NCBI RefSeq assembly: GCF_009914755.1
Contig: NC_060925.1
Length of the DNA stretch: 64,000 nt
From: the human T2T-CHM13v2.0 reference genome, Homo sapiens
Direction: 5' to 3' (one strand)
In this document: positions 27,108-41,200 of the stretch, in pieces
How the letters are laid out: every line of letters begins with the position of its first letter
How positions within the stretch are numbered: the stretch's first letter is position 1
Notes under the pieces: generated by a model
The model's input: only the letters and a program-made list of their open reading frames with translations
Told to the model about the DNA's origin: nothing
The model's database searches: none
Position numbers and translations under genes: made by a program

Positions 27108-27617
27108 AACCTCCAGGGATCTCTGTTGGCTTCCTTCACTCTTCTTATTCTGGGTTGCCAGTCCTATAGCAGTTGGCTTTATGGCCACGTCAGGGTTCAG
27201 AGGTCTCAACCCCCCGGGGTAGACCACTGCCTTTGTTAAACATTGCACTTTCGGAAACAGTAGTTCCTCCAATAGGCAGAACCGCCTCCCTCTCTGTATA
27301 TCTGGATAGCCCTGGTCCAGGCTTCAGTTGAAAGAAATACTCCAACGCTCAAGGACTCTGGTGACGTCGGATAGAGCCTCTCCTTTTCCCATCATTTCAG
27401 GCTGTTTTACAGGAATTCAAAGTCCATGAATTGGCCTCTTGTTCATCTTCCATCCCAGACCTAATCCAAGCCCTTGGACTCAGTAAGCCAAACAGAAACC
27501 TCTACTTTCACAGGGCTTCCGCTTAAGCAGAAAGAGACAGACAATCAGCAAAAGACATACTAGTAAATGACATCATGTGATAGGTGGTGACACTGCAATG
27601 GGGAGAGAGGCAGTAGG

Positions 27618-28190
27618 TGACAGGGCAGGAGCACCGTCATCTCGGACAAACACCACCACTTTAAGTTCCAGCTCCCTTTCTAGCCTCATGCATTTCAAGG
27701 AAATCATTTCTCTTCTCACTACAAACAGCCAGAAAGAGTAGACAGTAAAACACAGATAAAACACAGATAAAACACAGATAAGACAGCTCGGGCAGAGAGG
27801 GAGGTGTTCGGAAAGTTTCTCTGGCAACTGCCAAACTTCACCCTCATAAAATGGGCCCCAGTAAAACAGTGAGCCTTAATAAGCACATTCTTTTCCCTTC
27901 AGGTGCACTAAGATAGGAAAGCTAAAAGCAGACTTGGGGAGTATGCCTGAGGCTGCAGAAAGATGTATGGGAACAGACACAGAAACTCTCCCTTCCAGAT
28001 AGGCACAACAAAAAGACACAGAAGCAGTCCAAGCCTCTGTTAAACTCTCCCACCCTGAATCCTTAAAAACTCTTAGTCTGTAAGTGTGTGCCTCTGACCT
28101 AACTCAGACAGCTGCCCCTCTCTAAAATAAACCTGTCCTTGACTGCCAAGCCAGCTTTCATGTTTCTTTCCTCTTTCCTTAATTCTTACA
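27618..28190 (+). mobile_element. Solo MER41-family LTR
   Basis: TGACAGGGCAGGAGCACCGTCATCTCGGACAAAC...AATTCTTACA; TSD GTAGG at 27613-27617 and 28191-28195. Confidence 0.75.
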
Positions 28191-28334
28191 GTAGGGATGG
28201 AGGAGGGGTATCTGGAGTAGGAGGATGGCAATTTTACATAAGATTGGAGTGCTCAAAGAGAGGTGCTTTGAGCTTAGTCAGTGCTCAGAACACTTTCCTT
28301 GCATTATTAATAACTAAAAGAATCAGCATATTGA

Positions 28335-28695
<361 letters not shown>

Positions 28696-29378
28696 GCAGT
28701 TGTTTTTAATTGCAGGATTACGGTTGAAATTTTTCTGCTACTGTTTCCTAATGTTCCTTTGTGAACATACATTAAAAATTTTTTTGAGATAAATTTTTAC
28801 TTACAGAAAAAAATTGCAAAAGTGGAATTTTTACTTACAGAAAAAATGCCCTTCACCCAGGTTCCCTAATGTTAACATCTTCCATAGCCATTGTACAATC
28901 ATGGAAACCAGGAAATTCATGTTATTAACTAATCTACAGGCATTATTTTAATTTCACCAGTTTTCCTACTCATGTCTTTTTTCTTCCAGGCTCTCACATT
29001 GCATGTAGTTTTCATATCTCCTTAGTTTTTGCTAATCTGTGACATCTCCATACTTTTCTTGGCCTTTTATGACTGTGATACTGTTAGATAGTACTGGTCA
29101 AGCTTTTGTAGAATGTCATCCATTTTGGGTTTGTCCGATACACTCTCATGATCAGATTGAGGTTATGTATTTTTAGCAAGAATGTTACAAAGTGATATGG
29201 TGTCCTTCTCGATGATATTGGTATATCTCACTACTACTCATGTTAATTTTGATCACTGGTTAAGATGGTGTCTGACGGGTTTCTCCACTGTAAAGTTACT
29301 ATTTTTCCTTTTGTAATTAATAAATATGTTGTGGGGAGATACTTTGAGATGGTTCAAATGTCCCTTTTCTCACCATAC

Positions 29379-30694
29379 TGTGACCGGAATTGGTGGGTTC
29401 TTGGTCTCACTGACTTCAAGAATGAAGCCGCGGTCCCTCACAGTGAGTGTTACAGTTCTTAAAGGCGGCGTGTCCGGAGTTTGTTCCTTCTGATGTTCAG
29501 ATGTGTTTGGAGTTTCTTCCTTCTGGTGGGTTCGTGGTCTCACTGGCTCAGGAGTGAAGCTGCCGACCTTTGCGGTGAGTCTTACATCTCATAAAAGCAG
29601 TGTAGACCCAAAGAGGGAGCTGCACCAAGATTTATTGCAAAGAGCAAAAGAACAAAGCCTCCATGCTCTGGAAGGGGACCAGAGCCGGTTGCCACTCCTG
29701 GCTCCGCAGCCTCCTTTTATTCCCTTATCTGGCCCCACCCACATCCTGCTGATTGGTCCGTTTTACAGAGAGCTGATTGGTCTGTTTTACAGAGAGCTGA
29801 TTGGTCCGTTTTGACAGGGTGCTGATTGGTGCATTTACAATCTCTGAGCTAGACACAAAAGTTCTCCACTTCCCCACTAGATTAGCTAGATACAGTGGAC
29901 ACAAAGGTTCTCCAAGTCCCCACCAGAGTAGGTAGATACAGAGTGTCGATTCGTGCATTCACAAACCCTGAGCTAGACACAGGGTGTTGATTGGTGTGTT
30001 TACAAACCTTGAGCTAGATACGGAGTGCCGATTGGTGTATTTACAATCCCTTAGCTAGACATAAAGGTTCTCCAAGTCCCCACCAGACTCAGGAGCCCAG
30101 CCAGCTTCACCCAGTGGATCCCGCACCTGCCGCAGGTGGAGCTGCCTGCAAGTGCTGCGCTGTGTGCCACACTCCTCAGCCCTTGGGTGGTCAATGGGAC
30201 TGGGCGCCATGGAGCAGGGGATGGCGCTCGTGGGGGAGGCTCGGGCCACGCAGGAGCCCACGGCGGCGGAGAGGGGAGGCTCAGGCATGGCCGGCTGTAG
30301 GTCCCCAGCCCTGCCCCTCGGGGAGGCAGCTAAGGCCCGGCAAGAAGTCGAGCACAGCAGCTGCTGGCCCAGGTGCTAAGCCCCTCACTGCCTGGGGCCG
30401 GCAGGGCAGGCTGGCCTCTCCGAGTGCAGGGCCCACTGAGCCCACGCCCACCCGGAACTTGCCCTGGCCTGCAAGCGCTGCGCGCAGCCCTGGTTCCTGC
30501 CCGCGCCCCTCCCTCCACACCTCGCCGCAAGCTGAGGGAGCAGGATCCAGCCTCTGCCAGCCCAGGAAGGGGCTCCCACGGTGCAGTGGTGGGCTGAAGG
30601 GCTCCTCAAGTGCTGCCAAAGTGGGAGCCCAGGCAGAGGAGGCGCCGAGAGCAAGCGAGGGCTGCAAGGGCTGCCAGCAGGGTGTCACCTCTCA
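29379..30694 (-). mobile_element. Solo LTR12C (ERV9 LTR)
   Basis: Minus strand starts TGAGAGGTGACACC and ends CCAATTCCGGTCACA; tandem GATTGG (CCAAT) repeats at 29750-30040; GC-rich U3; TSD ATAC. Confidence 0.93.
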
Positions 30695-30962
30695 ATACCT
30701 CCTTCCACTCACTAATTGTAGCCATTTCAGCATCAATCAAAAGTTCTTGGCTGTAGCAATTATTACTGGTGTTTTCCTGGTTTCCTCATTCTTTTTATAT
30801 GAAGAATTTGAATTCTACTGTGGGCAAAACTTTTCCTTCTAGTTGTGTATTCAACCATTTATATTAGTAGGGGCTTATTTTCTATGCTATTTATTTTCTA
30901 ACTCAAATTGTTCCATCTTGGCCATGAAGAGTTCCTTTAAGTTTACACCTATGTTGTCTTAA

Positions 30963-31933
<971 letters not shown>

Positions 31934-32508
31934 TCCCCCTTCCTTATTTATAACTCCTTTCTCTGACAAGTTTATTTTTCACAATATATTTACTTATTTG
32001 TTCAATTATAGTACAATTGAAGTAGCTTCAGAATTATTAATCCATAACTGTGAGAAATAAATTTACTAACTACAGTACTGTATTTGTGTATAGTTATTTG
32101 TATCTTTAGCTTTGTGGTATACCATCAAAATACTGTTTTCTGAAGTTACATAGGTTATCTCTTTTCTTGCAGCCTACCTTAAGAGTGGTTATTATATTGA
32201 TTTGTCATATAGTTATAAATATATTTGTTATCATTTGTATTCCATTTTGGGCTCTACCTTTTTCCTGGTTGATTTTAATTATTTATTGCTTTTGAGGGTA
32301 TGTGAAGCCTTCCCATGTGAAACAAGGTGAAAGCCATACTAAAAAGTATACTCAGAGGTGTTGCTTCTCACTCATGCCTACTATCTTCTCATTTTCCTCT
32401 TTTTCCCACCTCATTCTCTCCCCATGGCCCGTAGGTAACTGTGTTAGTTATCTGTTGCTGCGTAATAAGTTATCACAAACTTAGCAGCTTAAAACAACAT
32501 AGGTTTCT

Positions 32509-32810
<302 letters not shown>

Positions 32811-35088
32811 ACATAGGTTTCTTATCTCATAAGACTGCAAACAAGTTGTTTGGCTTGTGTTCCTATGTAAAGATCATACCCCTCTGCTTGGTCCGCCCCC
32901 ATGCTCCTCCATGGCCTCAGCTCCTAGACTTCCTCTCCATAGGCAGTTACAACATGGCAGCTCCCTTCTTCAAGGCCACCAGGAGAATCACTCACTCCAA
33001 TCTGCTAAGACTGAAATCTTCCATAATGTAGCCTCATCAAGGGTCTGACTACCCCACATCCTTTGCTGTATTCTGTTAGTTAGAAGCAATTCACAGGTTC
33101 TTTGGGAAAGGATTATACAAAGGTAAACTCACTGGAGGTCATTCTAGGGTATGTTTATCATAGTAGCCAATCTCATTCGTTTTTGGTTGATTCTTCCTGA
33201 ATCTTTTGCATAAATGTGTAGGTATATGTTTATTTTCTTTTAGACTCTGCTTTCTTACACAAAGGATAGCATATCGTAGATCATTTTGTACTTTGCTATT
33301 TTTACCCAACAGTATATCTAGGAAATCACTTCATATAAGCAGATAGAGATCTTCTTTCTTTAAAAAAAAAAATGTTTAATTTTTTTCCTCCTAACTCAGG
33401 GAAGTCTTTCCTGGTGGCTTCCCTGACAGGGTCAAAGCCCCTCTTGCATTTCTATAGTCCTCCATTGTGGGAATGTACTGTAATTTTCCCAACCATTCTC
33501 CGAGAATAGGCATTTAGGTTTTTTCTAGTGTTTCACAATTACAAATATTGATTCAGTCAGCAACCTGTGCATGTGTATTTTCATAACATTGGAGATGTAT
33601 CTTCTGGACAGATTCCTAGAAGTAGGATTACTGGGTCAAAAGGTAAGTGCATGTGTAATTTTGTTAGGTAATGTCAAATTCTTCTACAGAATGGTTGAAC
33701 TAGCTCACATTCTCACTACTAATGTTTGAGACTGTCTTTTCCTCCATGGCCTCAGCAACAGAATGCTCTGTTAGACTTTTCATTTTGCGTTCATTCTTCT
33801 TACAGTTTTAAAAATATCACTGTTCCTTCAATAAATATTTATTGAGGACCTACTCAATAATCCAGGCACTATGTGGTAATGCCATGGTGGGCAAAACAGA
33901 AACAATTTCTTCCCTGAGAGCATTTTTTAATCTGGCAACAGAGACAGACATCAGTCAGATGATCTCACACACACACACATGCACACACACACATGCACAA
34001 TTATAGAATGTCATGTGCCATGATCCATTGGGACAGCATGAGGCAGAGAGCCCTCAACTAGTCGGGGGATCAGAGAAGGTTTTCTAAGGAGATGGCACTT
34101 TACCAGAGGTCTGGAGGGAGTTTAGGAGTTATCTGGGTAAGCGGTTTCTGTGGCTTAGCTCACTCAACATTTATTCCAGCCTTCTGGCGTGTCTCTCAGT
34201 ATTGCAGAGGCTAGAAGGCTAAACACTGCATTTCCTTCTCTCTCCCTCTCCTTATTTTAAAAGGCTTTTTGAAAGAGCAGTGACATTCAAAATAAACTTG
34301 ATCTGAGAGTACAGAGAGTCCCCACATATTCCCTCTTCCACAAACACACATCCTCCTTCACCATCAACATCCCCCACCATTGTGGTACCTCTGTTAGAAT
34401 CAATGAGCTGATGTTGACACATCAAAGGAAGTCCATAGTTTATATTAGGGCTCATTCTTGGTATTATACACTCTATGGGTTTTAGCAAATGTAATGTGAC
34501 ATGTATCTACTCTTACAGTATGAGACAGAGTAGTTTCACTACCTTAAAAATTCTCTATGCTCTGCCTATTTATTCCTCCTTCCCCCAAACATCATCGTGA
34601 CAACCAAGATCTTTTTACTGTCTCCATAGTTTAACCTTTTTCGAATGTCATGTAGTTGAATCATACAGTATGTAGCCTTCCAAATTGACTTCTTTCACTT
34701 AGCAATATACCTTCAAGTTTCCTCTATGTCTTTTGATGACTTGATAGCTCATTTATTTTTATTATTGAGTAATATTACATTGTTGTGTGTACCACAGTTA
34801 ATCCATTTACCTACTGAAGGACAACTTGGTTGCTTCCAAGTTTTAGCAATTATGAATAAAGCTGCTATAAAGATTTGAAACATTTCATGTGCAGGTCTTT
34901 GTGTGGAAATCAGTTTTCATCTTATTAGGGTAAATATCAAGGAGCACAATTGCTGGATCATACAACAAGAGTTTAATGTGTATTTTCATAAGAAAATACC
35001 AAACTGTCTTCCAAACGGCTGTACCATTTTGCATTCCCTCCAACAATGAATGAGAGTTTCTATTACTCCACATCTTCACCAGCCATTT

Positions 35089-36678
35089 TGAAACCAGCCC
35101 AATTGTCCTGTAGAACTGATGTTTATGGTTTCTTTGAATAAACATGGAAATTGACTCTCCCAGTCTTAAAACTTGAGAAAGTTACATTTGTCTTGTCTGA
35201 CTTCCTTTCTCAGGAAACCAACCAGCAAGCCTCTGAGATCGTATCAAGGAATTGAAACTTACCAGATAACTGCATCTGGACAATAAGACACCAGATCCCT
35301 TGCCTGTCATAATGGACTATGTTGCAGGAAGTCAGGGAACCCGAACATAGGGACCAACTGAAGCCATGGCAGAAGAACATAAATTGTGAAGATTTGATGG
35401 ACATTTATTAGTTCCCCAAATTAATACTTTTGTAATTTCTTACGCGTGTCTTTACTGCAATCTCTGAACATAAGTTGTGAAGATTTCATGGACACTTATC
35501 ACTTCCCCAATCAATACCCTTGTGATTTCCTATGCCTGTCTTTAATCTCTTAATTCCTTCATCTTCTTAAACTGAGGAGGATGTATGTTGCCTTGGGACC
35601 CTGTGATGATTGCGTTAACTGAACAAAATGTTTGTAGAGCATGTGTGTTTGAACAATATGAAATCTGGGCACCTTGGAAAAAGAACAGGTTAACAGCAAT
35701 GTTCAGGGAAAAAGAGAGATAACCTTAAACTCTGACTGCCGGTGAGCCGGGCAGAACAGAGCCATATTTCTCTTCTTTCAAATGCAAATGGGAGAAATAT
35801 TGCTGAATTCTTTTTCTCAGCAAGGAACATCCCTGAGAAAGAGAATGCATCCCTGAGGGTAGGCCTCTGAAATGGCCGCTTTCAGGGGCGGCTGTCTTTT
35901 ATGGTTGTAGCTGTAGGGATGAAATAAGCCTCGGTCTCCTGTAGCACTCCCAGGCTTATTAGGACGAGGAAATTCCCGCCTAGTAAGTTTTGGTCAGACC
36001 GGTTGTCTGCTCTCAAACCCTGTCTCCTGATGTTATCAATGACAATGCGTGCCCAAAACTTCATTAGCAATTTTAATTCTGACCCGTCCTGTGGTCCTGT
36101 GATCTCGTCCTGCCTCCATTTGCCTTTTGATATTCTATTACCTTGTGAAGCATGTGATCTCTGTGACCCACTCCCTCCCCTTTTGAAAATCACTAATAAA
36201 AACTTGCTGGTTTTGCAGCTAGTGGGGCATCACAGAACCTGCCAACATGTGATGTCTCCCCTGGACACCCAGCTTTAAAATTTCTCTCTTTTGTAGTCTG
36301 TCTCTTTATTTCTCAGACCAGCTGACACTTAGGGAAAATAGAAAAGAAACTACATGAAATATCGGGGGTGAATTTTGCCCGATATCTGGCTGAATTTCCC
36401 CCAATAGACCTAACTGACTACCTGCTTCCTATTGACCAACTCCTCTTCCTTATCCCTTCCTAATTGTTGTTTTCCTACACATGGATACATTTCTTCCCTG
36501 CTATATAACTTCCCAGTTTTAATTGATTGGGCAGGTGGATTTGAGACTGATCTCCCACTGTCTCAGCTGCAGCATCTCATCAAAGCCTTCTTCCCTGGCA
36601 GTACTCACTGTCTTGGTGATTGACTTTCTGTGCCGTAAGCAACAAGACCTAGACCAAACCCCTGACACTTCAGTAACA
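35089..36678 (+). mobile_element. ERV1 MER34/MER39-like solo LTR with a nested MER11
   Basis: TGAAACCAGCCCAATTGTCC...CAGTAACA; TSD ATTT. Confidence 0.65.
35320..36406 (+). mobile_element. Solo MER11 (HERV-K HML-8 LTR)
   Basis: TGTTGCAGGAAGTCAGGGA...GAAGCCATGGCAGAAGAACATAAATTGTG...GAATTTCCCCCAATA, about 1.09 kb. Confidence 0.85.
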
Positions 36679-36754
36679 ATTTTATATTGTCAGTATTTTG
36701 GATATTAGCCATTCTAATATGCGTGTAATGGCATCTCATGGTTTTCATTTGTAA

Positions 36755-37053
36755 TTTTTTTTTTTTTTTTTGAGATGGAGTCTAGCTCTGTCACCCAGGC
36801 TGGAGTGCTTTGGCACAATCTCAGTTCACTGCAACTTCTGCCTCCTGGGTTCAAGTGATTTTCCTGCCTCAGCCTCATGAGTAGCTGGGGTTACAGAAGT
36901 GCACCACCATGCCCAGCTAATTTTTGTATTTTTAGTAGAGATGGGGTTTCACCATATTGGCCAGGCTGTTCTTGTACTCCTGACCTCAAGTGATCTGCCT
37001 GCCTCAGCATCCCAAAGGGCTGGGATTACAGGGGCGAGCCCCTGCGCCCAGCC
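36755..37053 (-). mobile_element. AluS
   Basis: Full dimer; TSD ATTTGTAATT. Confidence 0.9.
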
Positions 37054-38159
37054 TTAATTTGTAATTCTAATGACGTATCATGTTCAGCATCTTTTCATGT
37101 GCTTATTTGCCATCTGTATACCTTTTGTGAGATATCTGGTCATGTCTCTTGCCAGTTTTTTAATTGGATTGTTCTTTTTTAAAAATTTAGTTTAAGTTCT
37201 GGGATACATGTGCTGAACATGCAGGTTTATTGATAAGTATACATGTGTCATGGTGGTTTGCTGCACCTATCAACTTGTCATCTAGGTTTTAAGACCCACA
37301 TACATTAGGTATTTGTCCTAATGCTCTCCCTCCCCTTTCCCCCCAACCCCCAAAAGGCCCTGGTGTGTGGTTGTGGGTTTGTCCTAAAAAGCTCTTATTA
37401 TTTTGAGGTATGTTCCATCAACTCCTAGTTTATTGAGAGTTTTTAGCATGAAGGAGTGTTGAATTTTATCGAAGGCCTTTTCTGCACCTATTGAACTCAT
37501 GTAGTTTTTGTCATTGGTTCTGTTTATGTGATGGATTATGTTTACTAATTTGTGTATGTTGAACCAGCCTTGCATCTCAGAGGTGAAGCTGACTTGATCG
37601 TGGTGGATAAGCTTTTTGATATGCTGCTGGATTCGGTTTGCCAATATTTTATTGAGGATTTTTGCATTGATTTTCATCAGGGATATTGGCCTGAAATTTT
37701 CTTTTTTTGTTGTCTCTGCCAGGTTTTGGAATCAGGATTTTTTCTATTGTTTGGAATAGTTTCAGAAGGAATGGCACCAGCTCCTTTTTGTACCTCTGGT
37801 AGAATTTGGCTATGAATCCATTTCATCCTGGGCTTTTATTTGGTTGGTAAGCTATTAATCACTGCCTCAATTTCAGAACTTGTTATTGGTCTATTCTGGG
37901 ATTTGACTTCTTTCTGGTTTAGTCTTGGGAGGGAGTATGTGTCCAGGAATTTATCCATTTCTTCTAGATTTTCTAGTTTATTTGCATAGAGGTGTTTATA
38001 GCATTCTCTGGTGGTAGTTTGTATTTGTGTGGGATCAGTGGTGATATCCCCTTTATCATTTTTTACTGTATCTATTTGATTCTTCTCTCTTTTCCTCTTT
38101 ATTAGTCGGGCTAGTGGTCTATTTTGTTAATCTTTTCAAAAAACCAGCTCCTGGATTCA

Positions 38160-38255
<96 letters not shown>

Positions 38256-41200
38256 CTATTGCTTCTCTAGTTCTTTTAATTGTAATATAAGGGTGCCAAT
38301 TTTAGATGTTTCCTGCTTTCTGATGTGGGCATTTAGTGTTACAAATTTGCCTTTACACACTGCTTTAAATGTGTCCCAGAGATTCTGGTATGTTGTCTCT
38401 TTTTTCTCACTGGTTTCAAAGAACTTCGTTATTTCTGCTTTAATTTTGTTGGTTACCCAGTAGTCATTCAGGAGAAGGTTGTTCAGTTTCCATGTAGTTG
38501 TGCAGTTTTGACTGAGTTTCTTAATCCTTAGTTCTAATTTGATTGCACTATGGTCTGAGAGGCTGACTGTTATGATTTCTATTCTTTTGCATCTGCTGAG
38601 GAGTGTTTTATTTCCAATTATGTGGTCGATTTTAGAATAAGTGCTATGTGGTACTGAGAAGAACGTATAGTCTCTTGATTTGTGGTGGAGGGTTCTGTAG
38701 ATATCTATTAGGTCCTCTTGGTCCAGAGCTGCGTTCAAGTCCTGAATGTCCTTTTTAATTTTCTGTCTCATTGACCTGTCTAATATTGAGAGTGAGGTAT
38801 TAAAGTCTTCCACAATTATTGTTTGGGAGTCTAAGTCTCTTTGTAGGTGTCTAAGAACTTGCTTTATGAATCTGGGTGCTCCTGTATTGGGTGCATATAT
38901 ATTTAGGAGAGTTAGCTCTTCTTATTGAGTTGATCCCTTTACCATTACGTAATGCCTTTCTTTTTCTTCTTTGATCTTTGTTGGTTTAAAGTCTGTTTTA
39001 TCAGAGACTAGGATTGCAATCCCTGCTGTTTTTTGTTTGTTTGTTTGTTTGTTTTTTGCTTTCCATTTGCTTGGTAAATATTCCTCCTTCCCTTTATTTT
39101 GAACCTATGTGTGTCTTTGCACCTGAGATGAGTCTCCTGAATACAGTGCACTGATGGATCTTGACTGTTTATCCAATTTGCCAGTCTGTGTCTTTTAATT
39201 GGGACATTTAGCCCACTTACATTTAAGGTTAATATTGTTATGTGTGAATTTGATCCTGTCATCATGATGCCAGCTGGTTATTTTGCACATTAGTTGATGC
39301 AGTTTCTTCATAGTGTCATTGGTCTTTATATTTTAGTGTGTTTTTGCAGTGGCTGGCACTGGTTGTTCCTTTCCATGTTTAGTGCTTCCTTAAGGAACTC
39401 TTGTAAGGCAGGCCTGGTGGTGACAAAATCTCTCAGCATTTGCTTGTCTGTAGAGGATTTTATTTCTCCTTTACTTACGAAAATTAGTTTGGCTGGATAT
39501 GAAATTCTGGATTGAAAATTATTTTCTTTCAGAATGTTGAATATTGGCCTCCGCTCTTTTCTGGCTTGTAGGGTTTCTGCAGAGAGATCCCCTGTTAGTC
39601 TGATGGGCTTCCCTTTGTAGGTAACCTGACCTTTCTCTCTGGCTGCCCTTAATATATTTTCTTGTGTTTCAACCTTGGAGAATCTGACAATTATGTGTAT
39701 TGGGGTTGCTCTTCTTGAGGAGTATCTTAGTGATGTTCTTTGTATTTCCTGAATTTGAATGTTGGCCTGCCTTGCTAGGTTGGGGAAGTTCTCCTGGATA
39801 ATATCCTGAAGTGTGTTTTCTAGCTTGGTTTTACTCTCCCCGTCACTTTAGGGACCCCAATCAATCGTAGGTTTGGTCTTTTCACATAGTCCCATATTTC
39901 TTGAAGGCTTTTTTCATTTTTTTTCCTCTAATCTTGTCTTCACACCTTATTTTAGTAAGTTGATCTTCAATCTCTGATATCCTTTCTTCTGCTTGATCGA
40001 TTCAGCTATTGATACTTGTGTATGCTTCACAAAGTTCTCGTGCTGTGTTTTCCAGTTCCATCAGGTGATTTATGTTCTTCTCTAAACTGGTTATTCTAGT
40101 TAGCAGTTTCTATAACATTCTGTCAAGGTTTTTAGCTTCCTTACATTGGGTTAGAACATGCTGCTTTAGCTCAGAAGAGTTTGTTATTACCCACCTTCTG
40201 AAGCTGACTTGTGTCAATTCATCAAACTCATTCTCTGTCCAGTTGTGTGCCTTAGCTGGAAAGGAGTTGCAGTCATTTGAAGGAGAAGAGGCATTCTGGT
40301 TTCTGGAATTTTCAGCATTTTTTACGCTGGTTTTTCCTCATCTTTGTGGATTTATCTACCTTTGATCTTTGAGGCTGATGACTTCTGGATGGGGTTTCTG
40401 TGTGGGGGTCCTTTTTGTTGATGTTGATGTTATTGTTTTCTGTTTGTTAGTTTTATTTCTAACAGTCAGACCCCTCTTCTGCAGGTCTGCTGCAGTTTGC
40501 TGGAGGTCCACTCTAGACCCTATTTGCCTGGGTATCACCAGCGGAGGCTGCAGAAGAGCAAAGATTGCTGCATGCTCCTTCCTCTGGAAGCTTTGTCCCA
40601 GAGAGGGACTGGCCTGATGCCAGGCAGAGCTCTAGTGTATGAAGTGTCTTTCAACCCCTGTAGGGAGGTTTCTCCTAGTCAGGAGGCAGGAGGGTCAGGG
40701 ACCCACTTGAGAAGACAGTCTGTCCCTTCGCAGAGCTTGAGTGCTGTGCTGGGAGAACCCTCCTTATAAGGGTCCACTGCTCTCTTCAGAGCTGGCAAGC
40801 AGGAATGTTTAAGTCCACTGAAGCTGTGCCCACAGCTGCCCCTTCCCCTAGGTGCTCTGTTCCAGGGAGATGGGAGTTTTATCCATAAGCCCTTGACTGG
40901 GGTTGTTGCCTTTCTTTCAGAGATGACCTGCCCAGTGAAGAGGAATCTAGAGAGGCAGTCTGGCCACAGCCACTTTGCTGCACTGTGTTGAGTTCCACCC
41001 AGTCCAAACTTCCAGGCCTCCTTAACACTGTCTGGGGAAAACTGCCTACTCAAGCCTCAACAATGGCAGACGCCTCTCCCTGCACCAAGCTGGATCATTC
41101 CAGGTTGACTTCAAACAGCTGTGCTGGCAGCAAGAATTTCAAGCCAGTGGCTCTTAGCTTGCTGTGCTCTGTGGGAGTGGGACCCACTCAGTGAGACCAC

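Larger units (their letters stand above)
34250..37180 (-). mobile_element. Old L1M 3' region, interrupted by LTRs and an Alu; resumes at 53545
   Basis: Antisense L1 3'-end motifs (ORF 34885-35145 KMWSNRNSHSLL...YDPAIVLLDIYP). Confidence 0.75.

Noticed and set aside
29745-30060. Regularly spaced repeats resembling a CRISPR array
   Set aside because: Native LTR12 CCAAT tandem repeats in eukaryotic DNA; no unique spacers or cas genes.
30114-30842. 242-aa ORF and overlapping ORFs
   Set aside because: Mostly within the GC-rich U3 of LTR12C, where stop codons are rare; no domain signature.
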